In this document: in pieces, positions 1-9,799 of the stretch
Numbering within the stretch: the first letter of the stretch is position 1
Layout: each line of letters opens with the position of its first letter
Source of the DNA: an uncultured Spirochaetota bacterium
Lineage (GTDB): Bacteria; Spirochaetota; Spirochaetia; SZUA-6; Fen-1364
Reading direction: 5' to 3'
NCBI GenBank assembly: GCA_963734545.1
Contig: CAVTHO010000007.1
Location: forward strand, 224,001 to 288,000
DNA length: 64,000 bases
Program-made: the position numbers and the translations under genes
The notes under the pieces: model-generated
Databases searched by the model: none
Seen by the model: the letters and a program-made list of their open reading frames with translations, nothing else
Told to the model about the DNA's origin: nothing

Positions 1-51
1 AGGGCGCACATCTCATGGTGGCGCTCGGACATGCTGCTGAACAGGGAGTAG
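1..51 (+). CDS. 3' end of an upstream gene (partial, unidentified)
   Basis: Open frame from base 1 (RAHISWWRSDMLLNRE) to TAG at 49-51, just before the nnr start; too short to identify. Confidence 0.3.
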   Translation, partial: RAHISWWRSDMLLNRE

Positions 52-53
52 CC

Positions 54-1550
54 ATGAAGATCGTGAGCTCGGAGGCAATGGCGCGTATCGACAGCCGCTC
101 CCGCACCGAGTTCGCATTTCCCTCGAGCACCCTGCTGGAAGACGCTGGCGTGAAAGCATGGGCTGCCGTGCGGCGCGTGATCTGGTCAGGCAAACGACAC
201 GGCCGGCTGGTGTTCCTCGCCGGCAAAGGCAACAACGGTGGTGACGCTCTCGTCATGGCGCGTCAGGCTGCAGTGGAGCGCGCGCAGCGGCTGACGATCG
301 TCCTGGCGAACGGGAGGCCGGCGGAGGATTCGGATCCGGGACGCATGCTCGCCATATGCGAGGCGCTCGGGGTCCCCTGCATGAGCTGGCCCGCCCAGGC
401 GGACGCCGTGCGCGCCCGGCTCGAGGAAGCCGATTGGGTGTTCGACGGAATTGCGGGCACCGGGATCCGCGGCGCGCTCCGCCCGCCGCTCTCGGACATC
501 CTGGATGCGGCCAATGCGAGCCCCGGGAAGAGGATCGCAATCGATGTACCCAGCGGGGTAGGGGACGAGTACCGTCAGGGCCACCCTGCCATACGCGCTG
601 ACTTTACCCTCACCATGGGTCTTCCCAAGCTCTGCCTCTATCTTCCTCACTCGCGCGTGCTCTGCGGACGTATCATGGTGATCCACGTCGGGTTTCCCCC
701 GCTGCTCCTGGAGGATCCGGACATTCCCGGAGAGCTCCTCCCCGGTCGAGCATGGAGGAATCTGGCGCCGCCCATAGCGCCGGACACCTACAAGAACCGG
801 CGCGGACACCTCGCGGTTTTTGCGGGCGCACGGGGAACCACGGGCGCCGCATGGCTGTGCGCAAGCGCCGCGGCTCGTTCCCGACTGGGTCTCGTCACGC
901 TCTACGTGGACAGCGATGCCTATCCCATTGTCGCGCAGAAGCTCACCTCCGTCATGTGCAGGCCGTGGGATGCCCCCGCGGCATGGGACCACGCTTCCTT
1001 CTCAGGCATTCTTGCAGGTCCCGGCTGGGGACTCGCTGAAGCAAAGGAGCAGTGGCTGGAGCGTCTGCTCGCCCTGCCCGTCAAGGGTGTTGTCGACGCC
1101 GACGGTATCAGCCTGCTCGGCCGAATCGTCTCACGCGGCGCACCGGACCTGGGAGGCCGCTGGGTGCTCACTCCGCATCCCGGCGAGTTTTCCCGGCTGA
1201 CAGGAGCTGCGCGGGAAGATGTGCTGGCGGACCCGGTGACGCGCAGTGTTGAAGCGAGCGCCCGGCTGAACGCGGTCATCGTGCTGAAGGGTCATTGTAC
1301 GATCGTGGCCACGCCCGCGGGCAGGTACTGGATACTTGACGGCGCAAACCCCGCGCTGGCCACGGGAGGCTCGGGGGACGTGCTTGCGGGAATAGTCGCG
1401 GCGGGTATCGCCGGCGGCATGAGCCCGACTGACGCAGCGCTGTTCGGGGTCTCCCTGCATGCGAGTGTCGGCCGTCAGGCGGCTCGACGCCTCGGGTGGT
1501 TTCTCGCGGAAGACCTTGTCCCGCTCATATCCCGCGCTCTCGCACGATGA
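54..1550 (+). CDS. nnr: Bifunctional NAD(P)H-hydrate epimerase/dehydratase (YjeF/Nnr)
   Basis: GKGNNGGD, DGIAGTG, AIDVPSG in the YjeF_N domain; YKNRRGH, VDADG, LTPHPGE, ATGGSGDVLAG in the carbohydrate-kinase domain; GGGAG RBS before ATG 54. Confidence 0.95.
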   Translation: MKIVSSEAMARIDSRSRTEFAFPSSTLLEDAGVKAWAAVRRVIWSGKRHGRLVFLAGKGNNGGDALVMARQAAVERAQRLTIVLANGRPAEDSDPGRMLAICEALGVPCMSWPAQADAVRARLEEADWVFDGIAGTGIRGALRPPLSDILDAANASPGKRIAIDVPSGVGDEYRQGHPAIRADFTLTMGLPKLCLYLPHSRVLCGRIMVIHVGFPPLLLEDPDIPGELLPGRAWRNLAPPIAPDTYKNRRGHLAVFAGARGTTGAAWLCASAAARSRLGLVTLYVDSDAYPIVAQKLTSVMCRPWDAPAAWDHASFSGILAGPGWGLAEAKEQWLERLLALPVKGVVDADGISLLGRIVSRGAPDLGGRWVLTPHPGEFSRLTGAAREDVLADPVTRSVEASARLNAVIVLKGHCTIVATPAGRYWILDGANPALATGGSGDVLAGIVAAGIAGGMSPTDAALFGVSLHASVGRQAARRLGWFLAEDLVPLISRALAR

Positions 1551-2089
1551 AGAATCCGATTCTCCACATCAAGAAAGGCGTCGGACAGTACGTTGATCCC
1601 CCAGCGGGGAGCGAGCCGCGGCCTTCCGGCTATGGGAGACTCGGGGACCGGCCCATGCAGGGGAAGGCCCGGCGTCCCCCCCGTCGCCGCGGCAGACTCA
1701 CTTTCCTGCCGCTCCTGATCCTGGCCATTGCTCTCGTTCTCGTGTTTCGCATCATGCCGAGAGCGCCGCTGAATCGCGCGACCTTGATGGGCTGGGACGT
1801 TGTCCTGCGCGCGATGCCCTACGGGGAAGCGCTCCTCGTGAGCGTCACATTCATCGAGAAAGCCCGCCCGGATGCGGATCTGAGCGGCAGACCGGTCCCC
1901 CGGGCGACAGTGAGCTTTCTTCTGCCGGATACCGGAGAACAGCTCGCCCTGTCGGACGACCTTGTCAAATCCCCGACAACGCTGCGCGGCCAGATGCCGT
2001 ATACGGAAAGAGTAAGGAAGGTCGCTGCCACGGTGAGCATCGGGACCGAGACCCGGACCCTGTCGCTCACCGCGCGGAAAGCGCCGTAG
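1547..2089 (+). CDS. Hypothetical single-pass membrane protein
   Basis: ATGA overlap with the nnr stop; Arg-rich stretch followed by hydrophobic LTFLPLLILAIALVLVF. Confidence 0.65.
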   Translation: MKNPILHIKKGVGQYVDPPAGSEPRPSGYGRLGDRPMQGKARRPPRRRGRLTFLPLLILAIALVLVFRIMPRAPLNRATLMGWDVVLRAMPYGEALLVSVTFIEKARPDADLSGRPVPRATVSFLLPDTGEQLALSDDLVKSPTTLRGQMPYTERVRKVAATVSIGTETRTLSLTARKAP

Positions 2090-2136
2090 CCCCCCCCCAC
2101 GGACCGCCGGCCCCTGTGAAAAGGTGGTGACGGTTA

Positions 2137-2165
2137 TTGACCGGCGCGGTCTGCTCGCCTATGAT
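2137..2165 (+). promoter_or_regulatory. Sigma70-type promoter
   Basis: TTGACC-17bp-TATGAT upstream of GGAGGG RBS and ATG 2183. Confidence 0.7.
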
Positions 2166-2182
2166 CGTAGAGGGAGGGGATC

Positions 2183-2599
2183 ATGCTCCAGTTCTATTTC
2201 CTGTCCATCGTCGCGAACTTCCTGGCCGGATTGACCCTGTCCTCCGACTGGTTCGCCCGGAAGTTTTCAGGGCTTGCCGCCGCAGTGTCCCTGTTCTCGG
2301 GCCGCATGGGAAAGATGGTGCTGGGTCTCGCTTCGCTCCTCGTGGGATTCGGGACGCTCTTCGTGCCCGCGGAGGCGCCCCTTATCCTGGGGGACCTGTT
2401 TCCATCTGTGATGGGCATGGCGATGGGAATCGCTCTCCTGTTCGAGGTATTCAAGCAGGATGCGGTGTTTCCGGCCGAACGCGGCGAGAAGGTGGAAAGG
2501 GTGGAAAAGCTTCCCCTTGGCTATCGCACGACACTTGGTGTGCTTGGCATAGCCGCGGCGATCCTGCATTTCTTCCTGCCGGAGAGGCCGTTTCTGTAG
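2183..2599 (+). CDS. Hypothetical membrane protein (about 4 TM)
   Basis: Strong RBS and promoter; four hydrophobic segments. Confidence 0.75.
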   Translation: MLQFYFLSIVANFLAGLTLSSDWFARKFSGLAAAVSLFSGRMGKMVLGLASLLVGFGTLFVPAEAPLILGDLFPSVMGMAMGIALLFEVFKQDAVFPAERGEKVERVEKLPLGYRTTLGVLGIAAAILHFFLPERPFL

Positions 2600-2832
2600 A
2601 CAGGGATGCCCGAAAGGCCGGCTGTAGACCTGCCGCGCCAAATGTCGCGCAAGCGCGACGGGCGCGGCGTTGGAAGTCGAAGCCGGCCGAGGGCAGGGGC
2701 TCTCGCCGTCTGCTCCGCAGCCGGCTGCCGCCCTAACTCCGCCAGGAGCCGGAAGGGATGCCCGAAAGGCCGGCTGTAGACAGGGAAGTCGAAGCCGGCC
2801 GAGGGCAGGGATGCCCGAAAGGCCGGCTGTAA
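2594..2832 (+). repeat. Modular hairpin repeat (ANGGAN-loop family), locus 1
   Basis: AGGGATGCCCGAAAGGCCGGCTGTA x3 and GGAAGTCGAAGCCGGCCGAGGGCAGGG x2; related to 60552-60688 and 4997-5090. Confidence 0.85.
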
Positions 2833-2843
2833 GCGAGCGGCTC

Positions 2844-4904
2844 CTACTCTTTCTCTTCCGCTTTGGCTGCCTGTGCGGCCTTGATCACTTCCTCCGCTAT
2901 CCTTCCCGAGATCGGGCTGTAGTGGTCGAAGGAAAGCTCGAACGAGCCGGTGCCGGCTGTGAGCGCCTTCAGGTCAAGCGCATACCGCATGAGCTCCGCC
3001 TGTGGCACCTGGGCCTTTATTTCCAGGATTCCCCCTCCGAGGAGATTCTGGCCCAGCACCTTGCCCCGCTTCGAGCTGAGGTCCGAAAGCACCGCGCCCA
3101 GGTACTGGTCGTCCACGAAAACGGTGAGGTTGCACACCGGCTCCAGGAGCACGGGCTTCGCATTGCGCATGCAGTCCTTGAAGGCCTCTCGCGCGGCGAG
3201 CTTGAACGCGAGCTCCGACGAGTCAACGGGGTGTTCCTTCCCGTCCACGACCCGCGCCTCCACGTCGACAACGGGGTAGCCGGCAAGGACCCCTGCCTCC
3301 ATGGCCTCGAGGACTCCCTTCTCTATGCCCGGGATGTAGCCCCGGGATATGGCGCCGCCGAATATCGCGTTGGTAAACTTGTATTTCTCCCCGCGGGGGA
3401 TGGGATTCACCTCGAGGGAAACCTTTGCGTACTGGCCGTGCCCGCCCGTCTGCTTCTTGTGCGTGTGCTCGGCATCCGCGGCCCCCTGGATCGTCTCGCG
3501 GTAGGCGACGCGCGGGACCTTGGTCTCCATGTCGATCTTCTGGTTTTCCCGGATCTTGTCCAGGATCATGCCGATGTGCAGCTCGCCCATGCCGGAGATG
3601 ACTGTCTCCTTGGTCTCCTTGTCATAGGAAACCTGGAAGGTCAGGTCTTCCTCCATGATTCTGTGCAGCATCTGGTTCATCTTGTCCTCGTCCTTCTTCG
3701 CCTTTGCCGTGATGGCAAGCGAATGGACGGGGGTGGGAAGCTCCAGTTCGGGGTACACAATGGGCGCGTCCGGAGCGTGCAGCGTGTCGTTGGTCCGGAG
3801 AGTCGCGCTCTTCGTGATCAATCCGAGGTCTCCCGCAACCAGCTCCCCGGCGTCTTCAAGCTTCTTGCCATTGCAGGTATAGACTTTCGTGATCTTCTCT
3901 TTCTTGCTTTCCCGCGCGTTCACCAGGTCGGCGTCCGCCGCGACTTTTCCCGACATGACCTTGAAGTAGGAGAGTTTTCCGGTGAACTGGTCCATTGCCG
4001 TCTTGAAGATGAAGCAGGATGCAGGCTCCGAATCCGCGATCCGCCGCTCGACTTCCTTGCCTCCCGCCGTGCCCTTGGCGGTCCCTTCAGGGGAAGGCAC
4101 CGCGTAGACGATGAAATCCAGCAGGCAGGACACGCCGGCAGCAGTCAAGGCGGCGCCGCAGAGGACCGGTACGAGCTTGCCTGTCTTCATTCCGCTGGCA
4201 AGACCCTTGCGTATCTCTTCCGGCGAGAGGTTGCTTTCCGCGAAGAATTTCTCGATGAGGGAGTCATCCCCTTCAGCGGCGCTCTCGATGAGCTTCTGCC
4301 GCGCGGCCTCTACCGCCGGCTTTGCCGCATCCGGAATTGCCGTTTCCTTGCCGTTGACATACGCCTTCTGCTCAATGAGGTCCACGACACCCGAAAAATC
4401 CGGCCCTGCGCCCAGGGGGATCACCACGGGGACGAAGCTGGCTTTGAACCGATCCGTGAGATCGGCGACGCATTTGTCGAAGTCCGCGCGGTCTTTCTCC
4501 ATCTTGTTCACGAAGACGAAGCGCGGCTTTTCGTCCCGGGTGAGCCACCTCCACAGCTTGATGGTCTCGATCTGCACGCCGACCTCTGCTCCCACGAGCA
4601 GCGCAACGCAATCTGCCACGCGGAAACCCGAGATCACCTCTCCCACGAAATCCGCGGAGCCCGGCGTGTCCAGGATGTTGATCTTGCAGTCTTTCCAGGG
4701 GAGGTGGCTGAGGGAGGCGTGCACGGAGATCTTTCGCGCGATCTCTTCATCGGTAAAATCGCTGACCGTTTTTCCGGTTTCAATCCTCTCAGCCTTGGGG
4801 ATCACACCTCCGGCGGCGAGCAACTCCTCCGCCAGGGTGGTCTTGCCCGTCCCACCGTGACCGGCGAAGGCGAGATTGCGCAGCGAGCGCGTCGGAACAC
4901 TCAT
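2844..4904 (-). CDS. Elongation factor G-like protein (EF-G II group)
   Basis: Divergent G motifs GHGGTGKT, RKISV, DTPGS, NKME; canonical domain IV KKQTGGHGQYA and HPVDSS; GMGELH. Confidence 0.9.
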   Translation of the reverse strand: MSVPTRSLRNLAFAGHGGTGKTTLAEELLAAGGVIPKAERIETGKTVSDFTDEEIARKISVHASLSHLPWKDCKINILDTPGSADFVGEVISGFRVADCVALLVGAEVGVQIETIKLWRWLTRDEKPRFVFVNKMEKDRADFDKCVADLTDRFKASFVPVVIPLGAGPDFSGVVDLIEQKAYVNGKETAIPDAAKPAVEAARQKLIESAAEGDDSLIEKFFAESNLSPEEIRKGLASGMKTGKLVPVLCGAALTAAGVSCLLDFIVYAVPSPEGTAKGTAGGKEVERRIADSEPASCFIFKTAMDQFTGKLSYFKVMSGKVAADADLVNARESKKEKITKVYTCNGKKLEDAGELVAGDLGLITKSATLRTNDTLHAPDAPIVYPELELPTPVHSLAITAKAKKDEDKMNQMLHRIMEEDLTFQVSYDKETKETVISGMGELHIGMILDKIRENQKIDMETKVPRVAYRETIQGAADAEHTHKKQTGGHGQYAKVSLEVNPIPRGEKYKFTNAIFGGAISRGYIPGIEKGVLEAMEAGVLAGYPVVDVEARVVDGKEHPVDSSELAFKLAAREAFKDCMRNAKPVLLEPVCNLTVFVDDQYLGAVLSDLSSKRGKVLGQNLLGGGILEIKAQVPQAELMRYALDLKALTAGTGSFELSFDHYSPISGRIAEEVIKAAQAAKAEEKE

Positions 4905-4934
4905 TCGTGGCTCCTTGCTGTCTGAGGATTGGCT

Positions 4935-4963
4935 ACTTTAGTCCGCCGCCATGCTTTTGTCAA
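4935..4963 (-). promoter_or_regulatory. Sigma70-type promoter of the EF-G II gene
   Basis: Minus strand TTGACA-17bp-TAAAGT, then AAGGAG RBS. Confidence 0.7.
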
Positions 4964-4996
4964 CAAACCTTCGGCACACCGCGCGGAGCGCGGTAT

Positions 4997-5090
4997 CCGT
5001 AGGGCAGCAGGCGCGCAACTCCGCTGAAAGCGGCAGGCGCGCAACTCCGCCAGGAGCGGAAGGGCAGCCCAGGAGCGCGTCCCTAGGTTG
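4997..5090. repeat. Fragments of the modular hairpin repeat family between the two EF-G genes
   Basis: CAGGCGCGCAACTCCGC x2; AACTCCGCCAGGAGCGGAAGGG nearly identical to 2735-2757. Confidence 0.65.
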
Positions 5091-5118
5091 ATGACGTGCC
5101 ATTGCGGTCCAAAGGCAT

Positions 5119-7170
5119 CTATCGCGTGTCTCCGAAACCGCCGACCTTCTCGGCAAAGTGCGAGAACTCCATCGTAAAGGTGGCGCGGCCCTGCGTCGCG
5201 CTCCGCAGAGCCGTGGAATAGCCGAACATTGACACGAGGGGCGCCTGCGCCTTCACATGGTCCGCGCCCGGCTTGCTCTCCACGTGCAGGATGAGCCCCT
5301 GGCGCGCGTTCAGGTTGCCGATCACCTCGCCGATGAAATCGGAAGGGCTGAGCACATCCACCGCCATGATCGGCTCCAGGAGAATGGGGCTCGCCTTCCG
5401 GCAGGCCGCGTCGAACGCCATGGCACCCGCTGCCTCGAAGGCGATCGGCGTCGAGGTGGCCTGGTGGTACTCTGCCTCGATCAACTCCACCCCGATGTCC
5501 AGCGCCGGGTAGCCGTAGACGACGCCGGATCCGAACGCCGCGCTCACGCCGCGCTCGACCGCCGACACGAGCTCCTCCGGCAGCGCGCTTTCCGGGAGCG
5601 AGGAGCTGAACGCGTTGCCCTCTCCCCGGGGCAGGGGTTTCACGCGGATCGTGATGGTGGCGCTGTGTTCCTTGCCGGCGATCATCCTGTGGTACTTCTC
5701 CGTGTGGATGACCTCCGCGCTGATGGTCTCCCGATAGGAGACCTGGGGCTTGCCCACCCGCGCCTCGACCTTGAAGTCGCGGAAGATGCGGGTCACCAGG
5801 ACGTCCAGGTGCAATTCGCCCATTCCCGAGATGATCAGCTCGCCCGTTTCCTCGTTTTCCTTGACCGAGAATGTCGGGTCCTCTTCCGCGAGAATCTCCA
5901 GCACTTCCGAGAGCTTCTTTCTCTCGGAAAGAGTCCGGGGCTCGATGGCGACCGAGATGACCGGCTGGGGGAAATGCATCTTCTCGAGCAGGATGGGGAA
6001 AGCCTCGACGCCGAGCGTGTCACCTGTCCGGGAGGATTTCAGGCCCACCATCACCGCGATGTCCCCAGCCTCCACCTGGTCGATCTGCTGGGAGTGGTTG
6101 GAATGCATGCGCAGGAGCTTGTGGACGCGCTCCCGCTTCTTCTTGCTGATGTTGTAGGTGGTCTGGCCTTCCTTGATCCTGCCGGAATACATGCGCACGT
6201 AGCAGAGGTTTCCCATCTCCCGGTTGACCTGCAGCTTGAAGACGAGACCGAGACCGAACGCTTCCGGCTTGCAGGGCACTTCGACCGCGTCCTCTTTCTT
6301 GACGTGATGCCCGATTGCCGGCGGGAGGTCGAGCGGGGAGGGGAGGAACTCGACCACCGCGTCCAGCAGCGGCTGGACGCCGACGTTTCGCAGTGAGGCG
6401 CCGCAAAGAACGGGCGTGAACGCGCGCGACAGCGTTCCCTGCCGGATCACTTTCCGCAGCAGCGGGACCGGTATTTCAGCTCCCTTGAGGTACAGCTCGG
6501 TGATCTCGTCCGACAGGTGCGTCAGCTGGTCGAGGAGCTTCTCCCGCCATTTTCGGGCCTCGGCCTGGCGCGAGGCATCGAGGGGGCTGAAACCGATCGT
6601 GACGCCCTGGTCTTCCTGGCTCCAGCGGACCTCGCGCATTTCGACGAGGTCGATCACCCCCTCAAAATCGGATTCCGCGCCCATGGGCAGTTGAAGGGGG
6701 ATGGGGAGGGTGGCCAGCTTCGCCGCCATTTCCTCCAGGACGCCGAAGAAGTTCGCGCCGATCCGGTCCAGCTTGTTGATGTACGCGATACGCGGCACAT
6801 GGTAGCGGTCGGCCTGGTGCCACACAGTCTCGGACTGTGGCTCCACTCCTCCCACGGCGCAGAATATGGCCACGGCGCCGTCCAGAACCCTGAGCGATCT
6901 TTCAACCTCGGCGGTGAAATCCACGTGCCCCGGCGTGTCGATGATGTTTACCTGATGGTCCCGCCAGTAGCAGGTGGTAGCGGCCGCGGTGATGGTGATG
7001 CCTCTCTCCTGCTCCTGGTCCATCCAGTCCATCGTGGCTTCACCGTCATCCACCTCTCCCATGCGATGGGTCTTTCCCGTGAAGAAGAGAATTCGCTCCG
7101 TCGTGGTGGTTTTCCCCGCGTCAATGTGCGCGATAATGCCAATGTTGCGTATATTGTGGAGGTCTGCCAT
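5119..7170 (-). CDS. fusA: Elongation factor G, probably the spirochaete EF-G2 (ribosome-recycling) type
   Basis: [26 protein letters not shown] are canonical; domain IV lacks KKQxGG and HxVDSS; not in an rpsL-rpsG operon. Confidence 0.88.
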   Translation of the reverse strand: MADLHNIRNIGIIAHIDAGKTTTTERILFFTGKTHRMGEVDDGEATMDWMDQEQERGITITAAATTCYWRDHQVNIIDTPGHVDFTAEVERSLRVLDGAVAIFCAVGGVEPQSETVWHQADRYHVPRIAYINKLDRIGANFFGVLEEMAAKLATLPIPLQLPMGAESDFEGVIDLVEMREVRWSQEDQGVTIGFSPLDASRQAEARKWREKLLDQLTHLSDEITELYLKGAEIPVPLLRKVIRQGTLSRAFTPVLCGASLRNVGVQPLLDAVVEFLPSPLDLPPAIGHHVKKEDAVEVPCKPEAFGLGLVFKLQVNREMGNLCYVRMYSGRIKEGQTTYNISKKKRERVHKLLRMHSNHSQQIDQVEAGDIAVMVGLKSSRTGDTLGVEAFPILLEKMHFPQPVISVAIEPRTLSERKKLSEVLEILAEEDPTFSVKENEETGELIISGMGELHLDVLVTRIFRDFKVEARVGKPQVSYRETISAEVIHTEKYHRMIAGKEHSATITIRVKPLPRGEGNAFSSSLPESALPEELVSAVERGVSAAFGSGVVYGYPALDIGVELIEAEYHQATSTPIAFEAAGAMAFDAACRKASPILLEPIMAVDVLSPSDFIGEVIGNLNARQGLILHVESKPGADHVKAQAPLVSMFGYSTALRSATQGRATFTMEFSHFAEKVGGFGDTR

Positions 7171-7232
7171 GCGTTACTCCGGGAAAAAATCCTTGAAAGA
7201 GCCCGCGCACACTATATAGAATCCTGCCAGCA

Positions 7233-7984
7233 GTGAAAAGGCCACTCCCGGCGCGATACTCCGCGCATCTGTTCCTCCTGCTCTTCCTTCTCCTGGCGGG
7301 CGCCGCCGCCCACGCCCAGACCGATCCCCTCTCCTGGGTGAATGGGATCCGCCGCGCCGCGGGATCGCCCGACCTTGTCCCGGATGCGCTTCTCTCCCGG
7401 ACAGCCGAAAGGTGGGCCATGCGGCTTGCCCGTACGGGAGTTCTGAGCCATCGAGGCGCCGATGGGAGCTCGGCCTTGGACCGTTACCGGGCCCTTGGAG
7501 GGACCGAAATACGCGTAGGGGAGATTCTCGGCGCAGGACCGAGCCTCCGGGAAGTGGAAAATGCGTGGCGGAAAAGCGACGAGCACCGTGAAGTGGCGCT
7601 GACACCCGGGTGGACGCACGTGGGGTGGGGGCGACAGCCGTCCGGTGGCCAGGAGGTCTGGGTCGTCCTGTTCTGCCAGAAGCTGGTGGAGGAGCTCAGG
7701 ATCGACGAGCGGACGGCGGGACTTGCCGTCAGCGGAAGATTCGTCGAGGCAAGTGCCGAACGCCCCTCCTCTATGCGGGACTGGTTCAGCATCAGCCCCT
7801 CTCCTGGGATCCAGTCTCCCGGCGATTCTCGTTTCAGGTGCCGGCCCCGCTCGAGGGATACTTTCGGCTTGGCTATGTGCTCCCCGGTGGAACTTACCGG
7901 CTGACAAACGCGTTCACATGGCCTCGAGAAACGGAATCCCCAGAAGAGCCAGGCCGTTCCGCAGCACCTGCAGCACCCCCCTGA
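7233..7984 (+). CDS. Secreted CAP/SCP-domain protein (frameshift near 7765)
   Basis: Signal peptide; WVNGIR, LSH, GEILG, WRKSDEHRE and HVGWG CAP motifs; continues in the 7610-7984 frame after a C run. Confidence 0.75.
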
Positions 7985-9677
7985 CCAGGGCGATGCGCGA
8001 CAGGACGAGACCGGCATCCTCGTTTCGGAGGACCGGGTGGTCCTGGTAGTAGCGGCTGAAGCTCTTGCATACCTCGAAGAGGTATGCCGTGAGGACCGAA
8101 GGGTTGAGGTCGCGCGCCGCGACGAGGATTGTCTCGGGAAAGAGCGCAAGGGATTTGGCAATCTCCCATTCCTCCGGCAGGGAAAGGGCTTCCGGGGTGT
8201 ATCTGCCTGCGCGGAAGCTCTCTTTCCTCTCCTCGAACTTTCTGAGCATGCTCGAGATGCGCGCACCGGTGTACTGGAGGTAAGGTCCCGTGTTTCCGTT
8301 GAAGGAGATCGACTCCTTCGGGTCGAAAGTCATGTCTTTGACCGCGGTCACCTGAAGGAGCCAGTAATTCAAGGCGCCCAGCGCGATCTCCCGGGCCGTT
8401 CTCCCGAGGTTGCCCACCTCCTCCTCCCGCTCCTTGTTCCGTATTTCCTCAGCGGCGAGCCCCTCCAGCTCATCCAGCAGATCGTCCGCGTCCACGACCG
8501 TGCCCTCCCGCGACTTCATCTTGCCCTCGGGAAGATTCACCATTCCATACGCGAGGTGGTGCAGGTGTGAGGCCCATTCGTAGCCCAGGATCGACAGGAC
8601 GTTGAACAGGACGTGGAAGTGATGCCTCTGCTCGGAGCCCACCACGTAGATCAGCGTGTCAAAGGGCCAGTCCTTCATGCGCTGGATGGCGGTGCCGACG
8701 TCCTGCGTGATGTACAGCGAGGTGCCGTCTCCCCTCAGCAGCACCTCGCGCTCCATGCCCTTGTCCGTGAGGTCGACCCAGACGGATCCGTCGGGGTCCT
8801 TCTGGAACAATCCCTTTTCGACGCCGGCGAGGATCTCCCCCCTGCCCAGCTTGTAGAGATCGCTCTCGAAGTAGACCTTGTCGAAGGTGATGCCGGTCCG
8901 CCGGTAGCTCTCCTCGATGCCGCCGATGACCCAGCCGTTCATCTTCCGCCAGAGCGCCACTACGGCAGGCTCGCCCTCCTCCCACGCGCGCAGGAGCTGC
9001 CGCACCTGGTCTTCCGCTTCGGGATGGTCCTGCGCGTATTGGGCGTACTTCACGTAGTAATCGCCGACAAAATGGTCGCCCTTGACCCCTGTGCTTTCAG
9101 GGGTCGCGGATCCGCCGAACATCTGGTAGGCGAGCATGGACTTGCAGATATGCACACCCCTGTCGTTGATGAGGTTGACTTTCTGCAGCGTGGCCCCCGC
9201 CGCGGCGAGGATGCGTGACAGGCTTTCTCCGATTGCATCGTTCCGCAGGTGGCCGAGATGGAGCGGCTTGTTCGTGTTCGGGCAGGAGAACTCGAGCATG
9301 ACGCGGCGGCCGGACTGCTCCGTGCCCCTTCCGTACGCCGCGCCCTGCGCGGCCACCTCGGACAGTATGTCGTCGATCACGGGGGCCGGGGCAAGGCGCA
9401 CGTTCACGTACGGCCCCGCCGCGGCGGCCTCGCCCGCGCCCCGCGCGGCAGGTGACTCTGACACACGGCGCGCCACTTCCCGCGCGATGAGGGGAGGGGC
9501 CTTTTTCAGCTGCCGCGCGAACGGAAACATGGGAAAAGCGATATCTCCCATCTCGGGCCGCGGCGGTGTCTCGATCACCAGCGCGTCGGCATCGATACCC
9601 TCCGCCCCCGCCTCGGCGGCAAGGGCGCCAAGGGCAGCCGCGAGGATCTGCCGCCATTGTTCTCGGTATTTCTTCAT
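7914..9677 (-). CDS. argS: Arginine--tRNA ligase
   Basis: EFSCPNTNKPLHLGHLRN HIGH-type motif, GKMKSREG, GNTGPYLQY; C-terminal LEAM. Confidence 0.96.
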   Translation of the reverse strand: MKKYREQWRQILAAALGALAAEAGAEGIDADALVIETPPRPEMGDIAFPMFPFARQLKKAPPLIAREVARRVSESPAARGAGEAAAAGPYVNVRLAPAPVIDDILSEVAAQGAAYGRGTEQSGRRVMLEFSCPNTNKPLHLGHLRNDAIGESLSRILAAAGATLQKVNLINDRGVHICKSMLAYQMFGGSATPESTGVKGDHFVGDYYVKYAQYAQDHPEAEDQVRQLLRAWEEGEPAVVALWRKMNGWVIGGIEESYRRTGITFDKVYFESDLYKLGRGEILAGVEKGLFQKDPDGSVWVDLTDKGMEREVLLRGDGTSLYITQDVGTAIQRMKDWPFDTLIYVVGSEQRHHFHVLFNVLSILGYEWASHLHHLAYGMVNLPEGKMKSREGTVVDADDLLDELEGLAAEEIRNKEREEEVGNLGRTAREIALGALNYWLLQVTAVKDMTFDPKESISFNGNTGPYLQYTGARISSMLRKFEERKESFRAGRYTPEALSLPEEWEIAKSLALFPETILVAARDLNPSVLTAYLFEVCKSFSRYYQDHPVLRNEDAGLVLSRIALVRGVLQVLRNGLALLGIPFLEAM

Positions 9678-9799
9678 AGCGTGGCGTGTATTTAACCAGA
9701 GCAGGCGGGTGAGTGGCAAGGCGGCGGCCTTCGGTGCGCGCAAGGGCTCGCCTTGACGCAGCCCTGTTTTTCTCCATATATAGTCGCAAGGAGCAGCCA

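Noticed and set aside
2670-4925. Long antisense ORFs (751 aa here; also 26042-28036, 46748-48325, 9692-11098)
   Set aside because: Shadow frames of high-GC3 genes, with no motifs or RBS.
9678-9799. T-box riboswitch between argS and ileS
   Set aside because: Only about 120 bp holding two divergent promoters; no T-box motif or terminator.
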